Source of the DNA: an uncultured Gammaproteobacteria bacterium
GTDB lineage: Bacteria; Patescibacteriota; Microgenomatia; Levybacterales; UBA12049
Reading direction: 5' to 3'
DNA: 64,000 nt
Assembly: GCA_964503265.1 (NCBI GenBank)
Contig: CAZCYO010000002.1
Coordinates: 2,604 to 66,603, forward strand
How positions within the stretch are numbered: the first letter of the stretch is position 1; each line of letters starts with the position of its first letter. Under the pieces are notes generated by a model. That model did no database searches, had not been told where the DNA came from, and saw only the letters and a program-made list of their open reading frames with translations. Both the position numbers and the translations under genes were made by a program. Shown piece after piece: positions 37,122-47,782 of this stretch.

Positions 37122-37292
37122 TTAATTTTTTTCCACTTTTTGTTGAGTTTTACGGATGTTTCGCTCGGTGATTTGGATAATTTTAAAATCTTGGATTTGA
37201 ATTTCGACACTACCCCAGCCACGAATATTTTGAATCGCGTCAGCAATTTCGGTTAACAGCTTAGAGTTTAATTTTTTAGTCGAATAATCCAT
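37122..37292 (-). CDS. small DUF2292/YezD-like protein (56 aa)
   Basis: Own translation MDYSTKKLNSKLLTEIADAIQNIRGWGSVEIQIQDFKIIQITERNIRKTQQKVEKN; GSVEIxIQDxKIxQIxE pattern (from memory). Confidence 0.3.
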   Translation of the reverse strand: MDYSTKKLNSKLLTEIADAIQNIRGWGSVEIQIQDFKIIQITERNIRKTQQKVEKN

Positions 37293-37330
37293 AACTTTAC
37301 TTTTCGTCTATACGCCAGGCAGAGGATTAT

Positions 37331-38104
37331 TTAGCGAAGATTTGAAATCTTCACTTCTTGAATTTTTGCAGTTGGATCAGTAACATCTCCTACTCGAAGA
37401 ATGAAATCATGATCAGTATCTTCAACAGTAAATCCAACACGTGTATTCGTCGTAGATACTGGTTGGACATCTACTGGATCATTGTGAATTTTTGGATCAT
37501 AGAGTTTACCATCATTATTTTTCTTAAGACGGAAATAATTTCGTGAATTAATTTGAACTGGTTTGGTGAAATTATTTGTTAATTCTAAGTTAGCGATAAG
37601 AACATTTTTACCAACTGTGGTATTTGCAATTTTTCCTTGAATAATAATTTGATCACGAAGTTCAAGATTTTGAACAGTAAGCTTAATTGTACTAATTTGT
37701 TTTCCAGTTCCGTCTTTTAACGGAAAAGAGAAATCTTTTTTAAGACTTTCAGATGCCATTGGCTTACGAAGTTCGACTCGTCCATCACTTGTCGTTTTTG
37801 TCTCAGTTAAATTCGTTGGCTTTGAGAGAACTTTCTTTAAGCCAAATGCAACAAGAAGAATAAAAATAATTCCCACTATAATAAACGGAAGATATTTAGA
37901 ATCTTTAATAAATCGCTTAAACTTTCTCATTTGTAACCGAGAGTTAGTGGTAGCTTCTGATGCACTTGATGAGAATTGTGACGAAGCTGAGTTAATGATT
38001 TGATGAAGTGTTGTTATTTTTTCTTTTATTTTCTCAATTGCTGGAGAAAAGTCTTCGGAAGATGGAAGTGCGAATGATAGTTGAAATGTTTTCATTTTTT
38101 TCAA
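37331..38104 (-). CDS. single-pass membrane protein with extracytoplasmic beta-rich domain (DUF4352-like)
   Basis: 257 aa; TM YLPFIIVGIIFILLVAFGL. Confidence 0.45.
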   Translation of the reverse strand: MKKMKTFQLSFALPSSEDFSPAIEKIKEKITTLHQIINSASSQFSSSASEATTNSRLQMRKFKRFIKDSKYLPFIIVGIIFILLVAFGLKKVLSKPTNLTETKTTSDGRVELRKPMASESLKKDFSFPLKDGTGKQISTIKLTVQNLELRDQIIIQGKIANTTVGKNVLIANLELTNNFTKPVQINSRNYFRLKKNNDGKLYDPKIHNDPVDVQPVSTTNTRVGFTVEDTDHDFILRVGDVTDPTAKIQEVKISNLR

Positions 38105-38430
38105 TAAAAAAGCTCTGCGGGCAGAGCATTTGTATTTGGGATATTAGCAATAGGAAAACCTAGTGTCAAGAGGTAAATCTAGAGTATTTTTGTTGTAAAA
38201 ATAATAGATATTTTAAATAATAAACCTATAGCGAAACACGTAAATATATTAGTTCACTCGGACTCATTTTATCTATACACGAATTATTCGAAGTATTCAG
38301 TTACGACGATGAGAAACAACTAAAGCCAGAAGACGAGTAATATGATGGGTAGACTAACATAATTACTCATTTTGTGCTATACTATACAAAGATAAACAGC
38401 TAGGGAAGAAGGCTGTTTTTTTATATAAAT

Positions 38431-40254
38431 ATGGATCCTATAACTACAGACAAAATAAGAAATATTGCTGTCATCGCTCACGTCGATCATGGTAAGACGA
38501 CGCTTGTCGATTTCATGTTAAAGCAATCTCATACCTTTCGCGACAACGAAGCAGAAATGACGCAGACTACCATTCTTGACTCAAATCCATTAGAGCGAGA
38601 ACGTGGGATTACCATTCTGGCTAAAAATACTGCTATTTCTTATAAAGGACATAAAATTAACATTATCGATACGCCAGGTCACGCTGACTTCTCAGGTGAA
38701 GTAGAGCGCACACTTAATATGGCTGACGGTGCACTTCTTATTATCGATGCACAGGAAGGCCCAATGCCACAGACTAAATTCGTTCTAAAAAAAGCTCTTG
38801 AACTCGGGCTTAAAATTATCGTCGTTATTAATAAAATTGATAAACAGCTCGCAAATATTCCACAAACACTTGACCATACCAATGATTTATTCCTCGAACT
38901 CGCTACAGATCCAGAACAACTTAATTTTCAAGTTCTCTATGCAATTGGACGTGAAGGAAAAGCAGCACTAACCGCAGAAGGCGTAGCAGCTACAGACAGT
39001 CTCACTGTTATTTTAGATGAAATTTTAAATCATATCCAAGCTCCAACAGTAAATGAAGGTGCATTTAAGATGCTCGTCACATCACTTGATTTTGATACAC
39101 ATAAAGGGAAACATATTATTGGGAAAATTTTAAGTGATAAAGCACAAGTCGGTCAATCAGTTGTTCTATTAAAAGACGAAGGGAAAATAGTTAACGCAAA
39201 AATTGATCATATTTACCTTGCAAATGGTCTGAAAAAAGTTGAAGTCCAAGAAGCGATTGCTGGAGATATCGTCGAAGTAACAGGTATCGATAATGCTGAT
39301 ATCGGCGATACGTTAACCTCATCTCAGGATTTAACACCACTCCCACGAATTGCAATTGAGGAACCAACGATTAAAATCGCACTTGGTGCAAATACGTCAC
39401 CTTTTGCAGGACGTGAAGGCAAGTTTACTAACTCTCGACAGATTTTAGAGAGACTTGAAAAAGAACTTGAAACAAATGTAAGTCTGAGACTGGAAACACG
39501 CGATGATGGATTTATTATCTCAGGCAGGGGAGAACTTCATCTTTCAGTCCTTATCGAAACACTCCGTCGTGAAGGGTATGAATTCCAAGTCGCTAAACCT
39601 GAAGTAATCACAAAGATCATTGATGGTGTTGAAATGGAACCAGTTGAAGATCTTATTATCGATGTTCCAGATGAATTCGTTGGCCAGGTCACAGAAGAAG
39701 TAGGAAAAAGAAAAGGGCAAATGAAAAATATGGAAGCTGATGGAAATGGAAATACACGTCTTGAATACACTATTGCCTCTAAAGCGCTTATCGGTATTCG
39801 AAGTATGTTACTGACAAGAACCAAAGGAACAGTCGTCATCAACACACTTTTTGATTCATTTAAACCAGTTACCCCTCCAATTTCTCGAATTAGAAATGGC
39901 GTACTTATCGCATCAGAAGGTGGAAACGCACTTTCTTATGGCCTACATAACGCACAAGAGCGTGGTGTTACGTTCGTTCTTCCTGGAACGAAGGTCTATG
40001 AAGGAATGATCGTTGGACTTCATACACGCAGTGAAGATATTGAAGTCAATGTAACAAAAGAAAAGAAACAGACAAACATGCGTGCCTCAAGTTCAGATGT
40101 ATCACTTGGAGCACTCACCCCACCAGTTCAAATGAGTTTAGAGCAATGCCTAGATTTTCTAGAAGATGATGAGTTACTTGAAGTCACACCAGATAATCTT
40201 CGCCTTAGAAAACGCTTCCTAACAAGACAAGATCGTGTTAGACAAAGTAGATAG
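38431..40254 (+). CDS. typA: translational GTPase BipA/TypA
   Basis: AIIAHVDHGKTTLVD G1, DTPGHADF G3, NKID G4; 607 aa. Confidence 0.9.
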   Translation: MDPITTDKIRNIAVIAHVDHGKTTLVDFMLKQSHTFRDNEAEMTQTTILDSNPLERERGITILAKNTAISYKGHKINIIDTPGHADFSGEVERTLNMADGALLIIDAQEGPMPQTKFVLKKALELGLKIIVVINKIDKQLANIPQTLDHTNDLFLELATDPEQLNFQVLYAIGREGKAALTAEGVAATDSLTVILDEILNHIQAPTVNEGAFKMLVTSLDFDTHKGKHIIGKILSDKAQVGQSVVLLKDEGKIVNAKIDHIYLANGLKKVEVQEAIAGDIVEVTGIDNADIGDTLTSSQDLTPLPRIAIEEPTIKIALGANTSPFAGREGKFTNSRQILERLEKELETNVSLRLETRDDGFIISGRGELHLSVLIETLRREGYEFQVAKPEVITKIIDGVEMEPVEDLIIDVPDEFVGQVTEEVGKRKGQMKNMEADGNGNTRLEYTIASKALIGIRSMLLTRTKGTVVINTLFDSFKPVTPPISRIRNGVLIASEGGNALSYGLHNAQERGVTFVLPGTKVYEGMIVGLHTRSEDIEVNVTKEKKQTNMRASSSDVSLGALTPPVQMSLEQCLDFLEDDELLEVTPDNLRLRKRFLTRQDRVRQSR

Positions 40255-40365
40255 CTTCAAATTCGAAATCCAAATTTCGAAACTCGAAAAAGCTTCTTAG
40301 TTCAAACTATAAATATTCAAATATTTGCTTATTTCTAATTTCGTGCTTCGATATTCGCGTTTATA

Positions 40366-40707
40366 TTACTTTTTCTCCCGTGGATATCTAAATTTAAATC
40401 TCGTTGGATATCGTAATCCTTGAAAAATTCCTCCAATAGCAGCTGCTTTAAGGAGTAAAAAGTGTGAAAATCCTTCAAATCCGACAATCGAAAATCCAAC
40501 GATAAGAGTCAGAGTTAACCAGTGATGAATGTGATATGTTTTTTCTTTAACATGAATTCTAAAATAGGGGAGGATTTCGACATTTTTATATCGAATTTTA
40601 GGTAAACGGTTTCTTTTCTTGTCCGGATTTTTAATAGGATCATTAAAATAAAGAAATAGAAGGTACCCAAGCCAAAATGAAACGAGAAATAACGCAAATG
40701 TTTCCAT
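40366..40707 (-). CDS. small membrane hypothetical protein
   Basis: 113 aa, two TM helices. Confidence 0.4.
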   Translation of the reverse strand: METFALFLVSFWLGYLLFLYFNDPIKNPDKKRNRLPKIRYKNVEILPYFRIHVKEKTYHIHHWLTLTLIVGFSIVGFEGFSHFLLLKAAAIGGIFQGLRYPTRFKFRYPREKK

Positions 40708-40893
40708 AAAAGTCCTTAATAGCTATAGTAAAAAAATTATCCCTTCTTGTCAACGTTTTCTAACCAGATTTCTCATAGTAGTCCTCCTCTATAGAGTGTT
40801 TTACCTTGCTATAATCACTTTTTCGTTTTATACTATACGTGTTACAGTTCTCATGTCTCCGTTTTTCCCCAGACAGTTGCTCGTAACTAATTT

Positions 40894-42174
40894 ATGAAAA
40901 AAACTAGTTCATCATTATTTTTTGTGTGGAAAAAAAAGACACTTACACTTTTTCCTGCCTTTGATTCTGCTAACTATCGATATTATTTTATCGGCCAGTT
41001 AATTTCATTAATTGGAACTTGGCTACAGATCGTAGCACAAGGATGGCTTATTTTTCAGATGACACACTCAGCTTTTTGGGTAGGGGTTGTAACAGCCGTT
41101 GGCAATCTTCCTGTTCTCTTTTTCTCTCTTTTTAGTGGCGTTATCGTAGATCGAGTTGATCGTAAAAAAATATTAATCGTTACACAGTATAGTTCAATGA
41201 TTCTGGCACTTATACTCGGTGTACTAACGATGCTCAGTACTATTACGATAGTACAACTTACCATTCTTTCATTTCTTCTCGGAGTTGTAACAGCTATCGA
41301 TTTACCAGCTCGACAAGCATTCATGACTGAAATGATCGAAAAAGATAAAATTGCTTCTGCAGTAGCGCTTAACTCTGGCATGTTTAACGGCGCTCGAGTT
41401 ATCGGACCAGGCGTGGCAGGCATTCTTATCGGACTCGTTGGAACTGGTGGAGCATTTTTACTAAATGGCTTTAGTTATATAGCAGCTATATTTGTTATGT
41501 ATTTGATACATCCACTGCCTCGAGAAATTCACCCACAATCTCATCCAATTGAAGCTATTAAAGAAGGTATTTCGTATGTATCATCACATCCTATTATTCG
41601 GAATCTAATTTTCTATGCGGGAGTAGTAACAGTATTTGGCTTCTCTTATACGACAGTTCTTCCAGTAATGGTAAGTGATATTTACCATCAAGACGCAACG
41701 CTCCTTGGCTATATTTATGCAGCAGCAGGAGTTGGAGCGGTAGTTGGCGCACTTTCACTGTCAATTTTTGCTGATAGAATTTCAAATTCCTTTTTCATTA
41801 ATGCTGGAAGCATCCTTTCTGCTGTGTCGTTATTTATTTTTGCCTCCACAACGAACGTAACAATCGCGTATATGATGATGTTTATCAGTGGTTTTGGGTT
41901 AGTACTCCTTTTTTCAACTATTACTACCACACTTCAGCATTTAGTTGACGATGCATATCGTGGAAGAGTAATGAGTATTTATACCATCGCGTTTTTAGGT
42001 ATAGCGCCTCTTGGAAGCGTCTTGATTGGTCTTGTCGCTCAATATGTGTCAACACCTTTTTCAATCCAATATGGCTGTGTCATATATTTACTCTATGGGG
42101 GAATCATTTTCCTACGACGAAATACAATTCGAAAATTCTATCATGAGTACGCTCAGGAAACATTGAAAATTTAA
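40894..42174 (+). CDS. MFS transporter
   Basis: 426 aa, 12 predicted TM; VDRVDRKK loop motif. Confidence 0.75.
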   Translation: MKKTSSSLFFVWKKKTLTLFPAFDSANYRYYFIGQLISLIGTWLQIVAQGWLIFQMTHSAFWVGVVTAVGNLPVLFFSLFSGVIVDRVDRKKILIVTQYSSMILALILGVLTMLSTITIVQLTILSFLLGVVTAIDLPARQAFMTEMIEKDKIASAVALNSGMFNGARVIGPGVAGILIGLVGTGGAFLLNGFSYIAAIFVMYLIHPLPREIHPQSHPIEAIKEGISYVSSHPIIRNLIFYAGVVTVFGFSYTTVLPVMVSDIYHQDATLLGYIYAAAGVGAVVGALSLSIFADRISNSFFINAGSILSAVSLFIFASTTNVTIAYMMMFISGFGLVLLFSTITTTLQHLVDDAYRGRVMSIYTIAFLGIAPLGSVLIGLVAQYVSTPFSIQYGCVIYLLYGGIIFLRRNTIRKFYHEYAQETLKI

Positions 42175-42230
42175 AAAAATTATAGCTAATTAAAATCCTG
42201 AAAATAATGAATCAAGAGTTAATGTGAGGA

Positions 42231-42719
42231 TTAACGTTTCTTAGAGGCTTGTTTAACGACTTTAGAGTTATTAATAATATCTCGTAATTCTCCGTCTTTC
42301 CCTTCAATTTCAGTTGCACCTGTCATACGCTGATATTCCTGTAAATAATCAGACAGTGCTGCTTGGCGCTCTTTTATATCAGTACGAAGACTTTTAACTT
42401 TAGCTGAAATAGCTGCCACAGCTGGTTGAGCAAGAATTTGTTGTCGCGTGGTATTTTTAGCTTTATTTGCTTCTTTTGCCTTTTCAGTATTGAGACGAAA
42501 TGTCTCGTCATTAATGAACACATCTTCAAACATCTCACGCTGTTTTTTTACTTCTTCACGAAGACTATCTAGACTAGCGATGTTATTTTTAATCATTTCC
42601 TCTAAACTAAAAAGAACGTCAACTTGATCTGATCCAGACGAAGCAGGAGTAGATTCTATTACTTCTTCAACAACTTCAGCTTCAATAACTTCACCTTCTG
42701 AATTTTTATTATCGTCCAT
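42231..42719 (-). CDS. acidic coiled-coil hypothetical protein
   Basis: 162 aa, Glu/Lys-rich heptad-like sequence. Confidence 0.4.
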   Translation of the reverse strand: MDDNKNSEGEVIEAEVVEEVIESTPASSGSDQVDVLFSLEEMIKNNIASLDSLREEVKKQREMFEDVFINDETFRLNTEKAKEANKAKNTTRQQILAQPAVAAISAKVKSLRTDIKERQAALSDYLQEYQRMTGATEIEGKDGELRDIINNSKVVKQASKKR

Positions 42720-42799
42720 AAAGAATACTATAAATGATTTCTCATTGATAAATCAACCCCCCAACCCTACACTCTATCTTCTCCTGCTATACTACCCTC

Positions 42800-43447
42800 A
42801 TGACAAAGACTGCGAAAGTAGAGGAAATAGCGAGAAGACTCTATGAGCTCTTTCCAAACCCACATACAGCATTGACGTATAAAACACCACTGCAGTTACT
42901 ATTTGCGACAATCCTCTCAGCACAAGCAACAGATAAAGTGGTTAACACAGTAACTCCAGCATTGTTTGAAAGATATAAAACAGTTGAAGACTTTGCGAGC
43001 GCACACGTACAAGATATTGATTCACTGATTACAAGAGTAAACTTCCATAATACTAAAGCTAAATCTATTCACGAAGCTGCAAAAATGATTGTTGAAAAAT
43101 ACGATGGGGAAGTACCACGAACGATGGAAGAGCTCGACGCACTTCCCGGAGTTGCACGAAAAACGGCTAATGTCGTTATGAGTAATGCGTTTCATATCGC
43201 AGAAGGAATTGCTGTCGATACCCATGTTATGAGGCTCTCTAAGCAGCTAGGATTGACCACACAGACAAAACCTGAGAAAGTAGAGAGAGATTTGATGAAG
43301 ATCGTTCCTAAAGAGTTATGGCTTGATTTCTCGCATTTACTCATTAACTATGGCCGCACATACGCACCAGCCAGAGGAACAAAACCAGGCCACCCACTTG
43401 AAGATCTTTTTCTTACCAATAAGAAGGAGATAAGAAATAGGAGATAA
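42800..43447 (+). CDS. HhH-GPD DNA glycosylase (endonuclease III family) without C-terminal Fe-S cysteines
   Basis: LTYKTPLQLLFATILSAQATDKVVN and HhH GVARKTANVV; Lys in LSAQATDK, Asp in AVDTH. Confidence 0.75.
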   Translation: MTKTAKVEEIARRLYELFPNPHTALTYKTPLQLLFATILSAQATDKVVNTVTPALFERYKTVEDFASAHVQDIDSLITRVNFHNTKAKSIHEAAKMIVEKYDGEVPRTMEELDALPGVARKTANVVMSNAFHIAEGIAVDTHVMRLSKQLGLTTQTKPEKVERDLMKIVPKELWLDFSHLLINYGRTYAPARGTKPGHPLEDLFLTNKKEIRNRR

Positions 43448-43536
43448 GAAATAGGAGATAGGAGATAATAGATAGTCTTTCTCCTACCTACCATCTACTA
43501 ACTACTAACTACTAACTACTAACTACTAACTATAAT
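43426..43536. repeat. tandem repeats: (GGAGATAAGAAATA)x2 plus GGAGATA x2, then (CTACTAA)x5.9
   Basis: Read directly; spans both 3' ends of the convergent genes 42800..43447 and 43519..43935. Confidence 0.85.
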
Positions 43537-43935
43537 CTCCCCCTCAATAATCGGTCTTTTTGCGTGTTCTTCAAGGATTTTTAGATTTCGAATGTTAGAT
43601 TTAAAAACAAAGTCTCCGATATTTCCAATAATCGGGAATAGTGCGAGAAAAAAATTAAAAGCGATATTTCCCAGCATTCTTGCAATTTTTTCATTCGGAA
43701 GATCCATTCGTAATGCAATCCAAATGAGATAAAAAGAAAGTACGTTTTCGATAATATCACCAATTCCAGGAATTAACCCAATGATCGGTCCTATACCAAA
43801 AGAAAATGATCCGATAGAAAATTTATTATCAAGAAGAGTTGCAAGCATGCGAGCAACTGCTAAATGATTTGTACTTGTTAGTTTCATGTTACTTACTATT
43901 TTACTGGATACATGTATGATTTGCGTAATAAACAA
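43519..43935 (-). CDS. DUF4112-like small membrane protein
   Basis: GIGPIIGLIPGIGD motif and two TM helices; start probably internal Met (MKLTST...). Confidence 0.45.
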   Translation of the reverse strand: MFITQIIHVSSKIVSNMKLTSTNHLAVARMLATLLDNKFSIGSFSFGIGPIIGLIPGIGDIIENVLSFYLIWIALRMDLPNEKIARMLGNIAFNFFLALFPIIGNIGDFVFKSNIRNLKILEEHAKRPIIEGEIIVSS

Positions 43936-44026
43936 TCGAGAGATATACTATGCTTACCGTATGTCTTATTTAATTTGTATCGCTCATCGAAGCCTTGGCG
44001 AGGTTGGGGCGAAGCTGGGATGGAGA

Positions 44027-44064
44027 ATCTATTAGATAGATTCCCGTTTTCACGGGAATGACAA
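44027..44064. repeat. conserved hairpin element copy 2 (atctattagatagattcccgttttcacgggaatgacaa)
   Basis: See copy 1; 11 nt upstream of ATG 44075. Confidence 0.6.
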
Positions 44065-44074
44065 AATAATAACT

Positions 44075-44431
44075 ATGCAAGTAAATCGAACCTATGGGGG
44101 AGCCATCTGGACAAATCATGCGCTTGAACGCATGGAACAACGGTATTTACCACAAGACATGGCGTGGCAAGCATTCAAAAACCCTGACAAATCGTACCCT
44201 GGTAAACAATACGGAACAACCGAATCCATCAAACAGTTTGGCACCTCTAAAGTAACGATCATTTCTAAACAAAACGAACAACGAGAATGGATTATTCTTT
44301 CCTGTTGGATAGATCCACCACTTCCTGGAACTCAAGACTACAAAAAGAAACAAGCATATAATACGTTTCAAAAAGCAGGATTTTGGGGGAAAGTATTGCT
44401 CACTATTAGACAACAGGTGTTTGGTTTTTAA
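44075..44431 (+). CDS. DUF4258-like small protein (possible orphan toxin-like ribonuclease domain)
   Basis: 118 aa; WTNHALERMEQR resembles DUF4258 H-x-x-E-R core (from memory, weak). Confidence 0.4.
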   Translation: MQVNRTYGGAIWTNHALERMEQRYLPQDMAWQAFKNPDKSYPGKQYGTTESIKQFGTSKVTIISKQNEQREWIILSCWIDPPLPGTQDYKKKQAYNTFQKAGFWGKVLLTIRQQVFGF

Positions 44432-45761
44432 TCTGATCGCCTTTAGCATACGGGATTGTGAAAGAAAATGTCGACCCTTTGCCTTCTTTACTCACGAATG
44501 ATAATTTCCCTTTATGTCGTTTAATAATTTCTTGAGAAATAAATAACCCCATTCCAAGGCCTGGAAAACTCTTTTCACTTTCACCATAAGCTCGATAAAA
44601 CCGTTCAAATACGTGAGCTTTATGCTCATCTGAAATACCAATTCCAAAATCCTGAACACTAACAACTGCAAACCGGAGTTCATCTTTTATAGAAATAATT
44701 ATTTTCTTCCCTTCAGGCGAGTATTTGATAGCATTTGAGAGTAAATTTGTGAGTACTTGGCCAATTCTATCCTCATCGCCATATACAAAATGTTTTATTT
44801 TCCCTTTGATAATTATGTCGTGTTTATCAGAAGTTTGTGCGAGTCCATCTACAATTTCTTTAACAAGTTGTGGTAGATCAAACGCTGTTTTTTCAAAGGC
44901 AAGTTTACCTAATTGCAAACGCGAAACATCCAATAGATCGTTAATTAGTTCTGTTAACCGATATACTTGTTTTGTAATTCGGGTACTATACTGTTTTAAT
45001 TCTCTATTATTCTTAGATGCTAATTTTTTTTCTAAGATCTGCGCAAATACTTGCAGACTGGTAATAGGAGTTTTAAGTTCATGAGTAGCAATGCTAATAA
45101 ATTCATCTTTTCGTTTCTCCATAGTACTTCGATATTCAAGTTCACGTTTAATTAAATAATACGTCATAAAAATGAGGAAAATATTACACAGTGTCTCAAT
45201 AAGAATTGTCACATATGTTCGATTAGCACTGCCAACGGACTGAGTCATCCGAGTAGTAAGTAGCTTGTTTTCTTCTTTTTCGATAGATGAGATGATTTGT
45301 TCGATCTCTTCAACTCTTTTCAAACCTATTCCTTGTCGAATATATGTTTGAACAGATTCAAATCCTTCTTGATGATATATTTCAATCCCACTTCGGAGAA
45401 TAGTTAGTCGAGTTTCAACTATTTTTTGTAGTTGTTTTACACGATCTGTTTGGGTTTTATTATCAACAGTAAGAGTTAGTAACTCTGACAATTCTTTTGT
45501 AACTTGTGCGTTAGAAGTAACATATGAATTAAGATACACCTGATCTCCAGTAATTAGGTAGTTTCTCTGCGATAGTTCAGCTTGTTTAAGAGATACATGT
45601 GCTGCGTTAACTTTTACTATAACTTGCCCCGTGTGGTTAATTAATTTTTCATTTTGTAGTAATGTCTCTAGGTTATAAAACGAAATAACTGCATTAAAGA
45701 ATATGAAAATCAAAGAAAAGAAGAAAACGACTGGAATATACTTTGCAAAATATCCTTTCAT
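44406..45761 (-). CDS. sensor histidine kinase with periplasmic CHASE3-like domain (no adjacent response regulator)
   Basis: 451 aa; two TM; H-box SIATHELKTPITSL; N, G1, G2 boxes (NLLSNAIKYS, QDFGIGI, GLGMGL). Confidence 0.85.
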   Translation of the reverse strand: MKGYFAKYIPVVFFFSLIFIFFNAVISFYNLETLLQNEKLINHTGQVIVKVNAAHVSLKQAELSQRNYLITGDQVYLNSYVTSNAQVTKELSELLTLTVDNKTQTDRVKQLQKIVETRLTILRSGIEIYHQEGFESVQTYIRQGIGLKRVEEIEQIISSIEKEENKLLTTRMTQSVGSANRTYVTILIETLCNIFLIFMTYYLIKRELEYRSTMEKRKDEFISIATHELKTPITSLQVFAQILEKKLASKNNRELKQYSTRITKQVYRLTELINDLLDVSRLQLGKLAFEKTAFDLPQLVKEIVDGLAQTSDKHDIIIKGKIKHFVYGDEDRIGQVLTNLLSNAIKYSPEGKKIIISIKDELRFAVVSVQDFGIGISDEHKAHVFERFYRAYGESEKSFPGLGMGLFISQEIIKRHKGKLSFVSKEGKGSTFSFTIPYAKGDQIKNQTPVV

Positions 45762-46005
45762 GTGAAGAGCTCTATAAGCAGCGTCATCTTAGCACTCTTA
45801 CTTAGTTATTACAAGAGAATGGATACACAAATTATTCAACCCAAGGAAATAAGTAATTTTCATTCAGCACGAATTATAACAACATATCTATTACAATGAG
45901 TTTTTTCACCAGGATCTGCTGATTTACCACTCATTACGTACTTTTATAACTCGTGCGGGAGTTTTATGGGGATATGATAAGAGAAGGACTAATAACTAAT
46001 TATGG

Positions 46006-47238
46006 TTACTCAACGAACGTGAGCGCTACTCCTGTTTTATTTGCACGTCCTGTTCGACCAATTCTATGAACATAATCTTCATATGATTCAGGCGTATCGT
46101 AATTAATAACGTGCGTGACGTTATCGATATCAAGTCCGCGTGATGCTACGTCAGTTGCGAGAAGTACTTGAATTTGGTTTTTCTTAAATTCATCAAGTGC
46201 TCGTGCACGCTGGCCTTGGGATTTATTTCCATGAATAGATGCTGCTTTAAACCCACGAGCAATTAACATTTTTGTTAATTTCTCAACACCCCATTTGGTA
46301 CGACCGAATATAAGTACTTTTTCAAATCCGTCTTTTATAAGGAGATCATGTAGCATATCCACTTTTTTAGATGGATCTGTGACACGAATAACATCTTGTT
46401 CAACATTTCGTGATGTTTCTTGTTTCTTAACAGACACAGTTACTGGATTTTTAACAAATGAATGAAGAATACTTCGTACTTCATCAGATACAGTTGCTGA
46501 AAAGAAAAGAGAGTGTCGTTGTTCTGGAAGAAGTGAAATCAGCATTCGAATATCTTTTATAAATCCGATGTCTACCATACGATCAACTTCATCTAAAACA
46601 ATTGAACGGAAGGTATCTAGATATAATCGTCGTCTTTGAATAAGATCTTTGAGTCTTCCTGGAGTTCCAATCACGAATTGTGGACGATGTTGCAGGTTTC
46701 TTTCTTGACGACCAATATTTGCTCCACCAATACAAAGTGTTGCATGTAGCCCCATTCCTCGTGCGAATATATTTAATTCATCGAGAATTTGCATCGCAAT
46801 TTCACGTGTTGGTGTAACGATGAGTACTTGCTCATTTCTGTTAGCAAATACTTTACTAATAAGCGGGATTAAAAATGCAGCTGTTTTTCCTGTACCTGTA
46901 TTTGCAATTCCAATAACATCTTTTCCTTCAAGTAAACTTGGAATAGTTTTTTCTTGAATTTCAGTCGGCATTGTATATCCGTGCTCAATAATATTTTTCT
47001 TGAGTTGTTCTGGGATATTAAAATCAGCAAATGGTGTTTGTGATACGTAGGCTACCTGCTCAGAAGGAGCACTTGCTGGGCTAATAAAAAATGTAGGATC
47101 TAATTTCTTTGGTTGTTTAATTCGGCCACGATTAAATGCTCGCTGTGGTGGACGAGGATTATTTGTTTCTCCACGAGAAAAACGGCTTCGTGAGCCATTT
47201 CGTGGGCGAGGTGAATACTGTGAATATGAATTATTCAT
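46006..47238 (-). CDS. DEAD-box ATP-dependent RNA helicase
   Basis: GTGKTAAF motif I, DEVD motif II, SAT, HRIGRTGR motif VI; Arg-rich N-terminus. Confidence 0.9.
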   Translation of the reverse strand: MNNSYSQYSPRPRNGSRSRFSRGETNNPRPPQRAFNRGRIKQPKKLDPTFFISPASAPSEQVAYVSQTPFADFNIPEQLKKNIIEHGYTMPTEIQEKTIPSLLEGKDVIGIANTGTGKTAAFLIPLISKVFANRNEQVLIVTPTREIAMQILDELNIFARGMGLHATLCIGGANIGRQERNLQHRPQFVIGTPGRLKDLIQRRRLYLDTFRSIVLDEVDRMVDIGFIKDIRMLISLLPEQRHSLFFSATVSDEVRSILHSFVKNPVTVSVKKQETSRNVEQDVIRVTDPSKKVDMLHDLLIKDGFEKVLIFGRTKWGVEKLTKMLIARGFKAASIHGNKSQGQRARALDEFKKNQIQVLLATDVASRGLDIDNVTHVINYDTPESYEDYVHRIGRTGRANKTGVALTFVE

Positions 47239-47408
47239 AATGAGTTAGTAAAACTAAGAATGTGGCTTTAGTAATTGATGTTTATAAAGAAGAAGATACA
47301 GTGGGGAAGTTATTCTGTAGGTATCTTTGTCTTAAGAAATATTTCAAATAAAGCGTAGGTACATAGTCCTATCTCTTTAATAGAGTATAGCACAATATAG
47401 TCCTATAG

Positions 47409-47679
47409 TCAAGCTTCTGTAGCTGCTGCATCCTTTCTTCGTGCCTGAAGTGTTTGTTTTTCTGCTGCTCGCTTCGTGTCTGCTGTCACACGCTCATTTT
47501 GAAGCTGTTTTCTTTTTGCGGTTTGCTTATCAATTTCGTCTTGGCATGACTCGTTTGAACATTTATATATCTTCGTTGTTTGCGGAAAACGAGAACCTTC
47601 TATAACCTCAGTTTTTTCACTGACTAATATAAGGGGTGAGCCGCACTGTGAACATAACAATGGAGTATCAGTAGTCAAA
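47409..47679 (-). CDS. small zinc-ribbon protein (two CxxC pairs); start uncertain
   Basis: CSQCGSP...YKCSNESC; ORF-track N-terminus (47680..47780) is occupied by a terminator hairpin and a TGnTATAAT promoter, so the start is placed downstream of them (TTG 47679, tentative). Confidence 0.3.
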
Positions 47680-47782
47680 GTAGTGTAATTATACCACAAA
47701 TGCGTATAATTTACTACTTTGTTTATAGACGTTCTAGTAAATCCCCTCCTAAAAAGAAGGGGATTTATAAACATTGCCAAAC

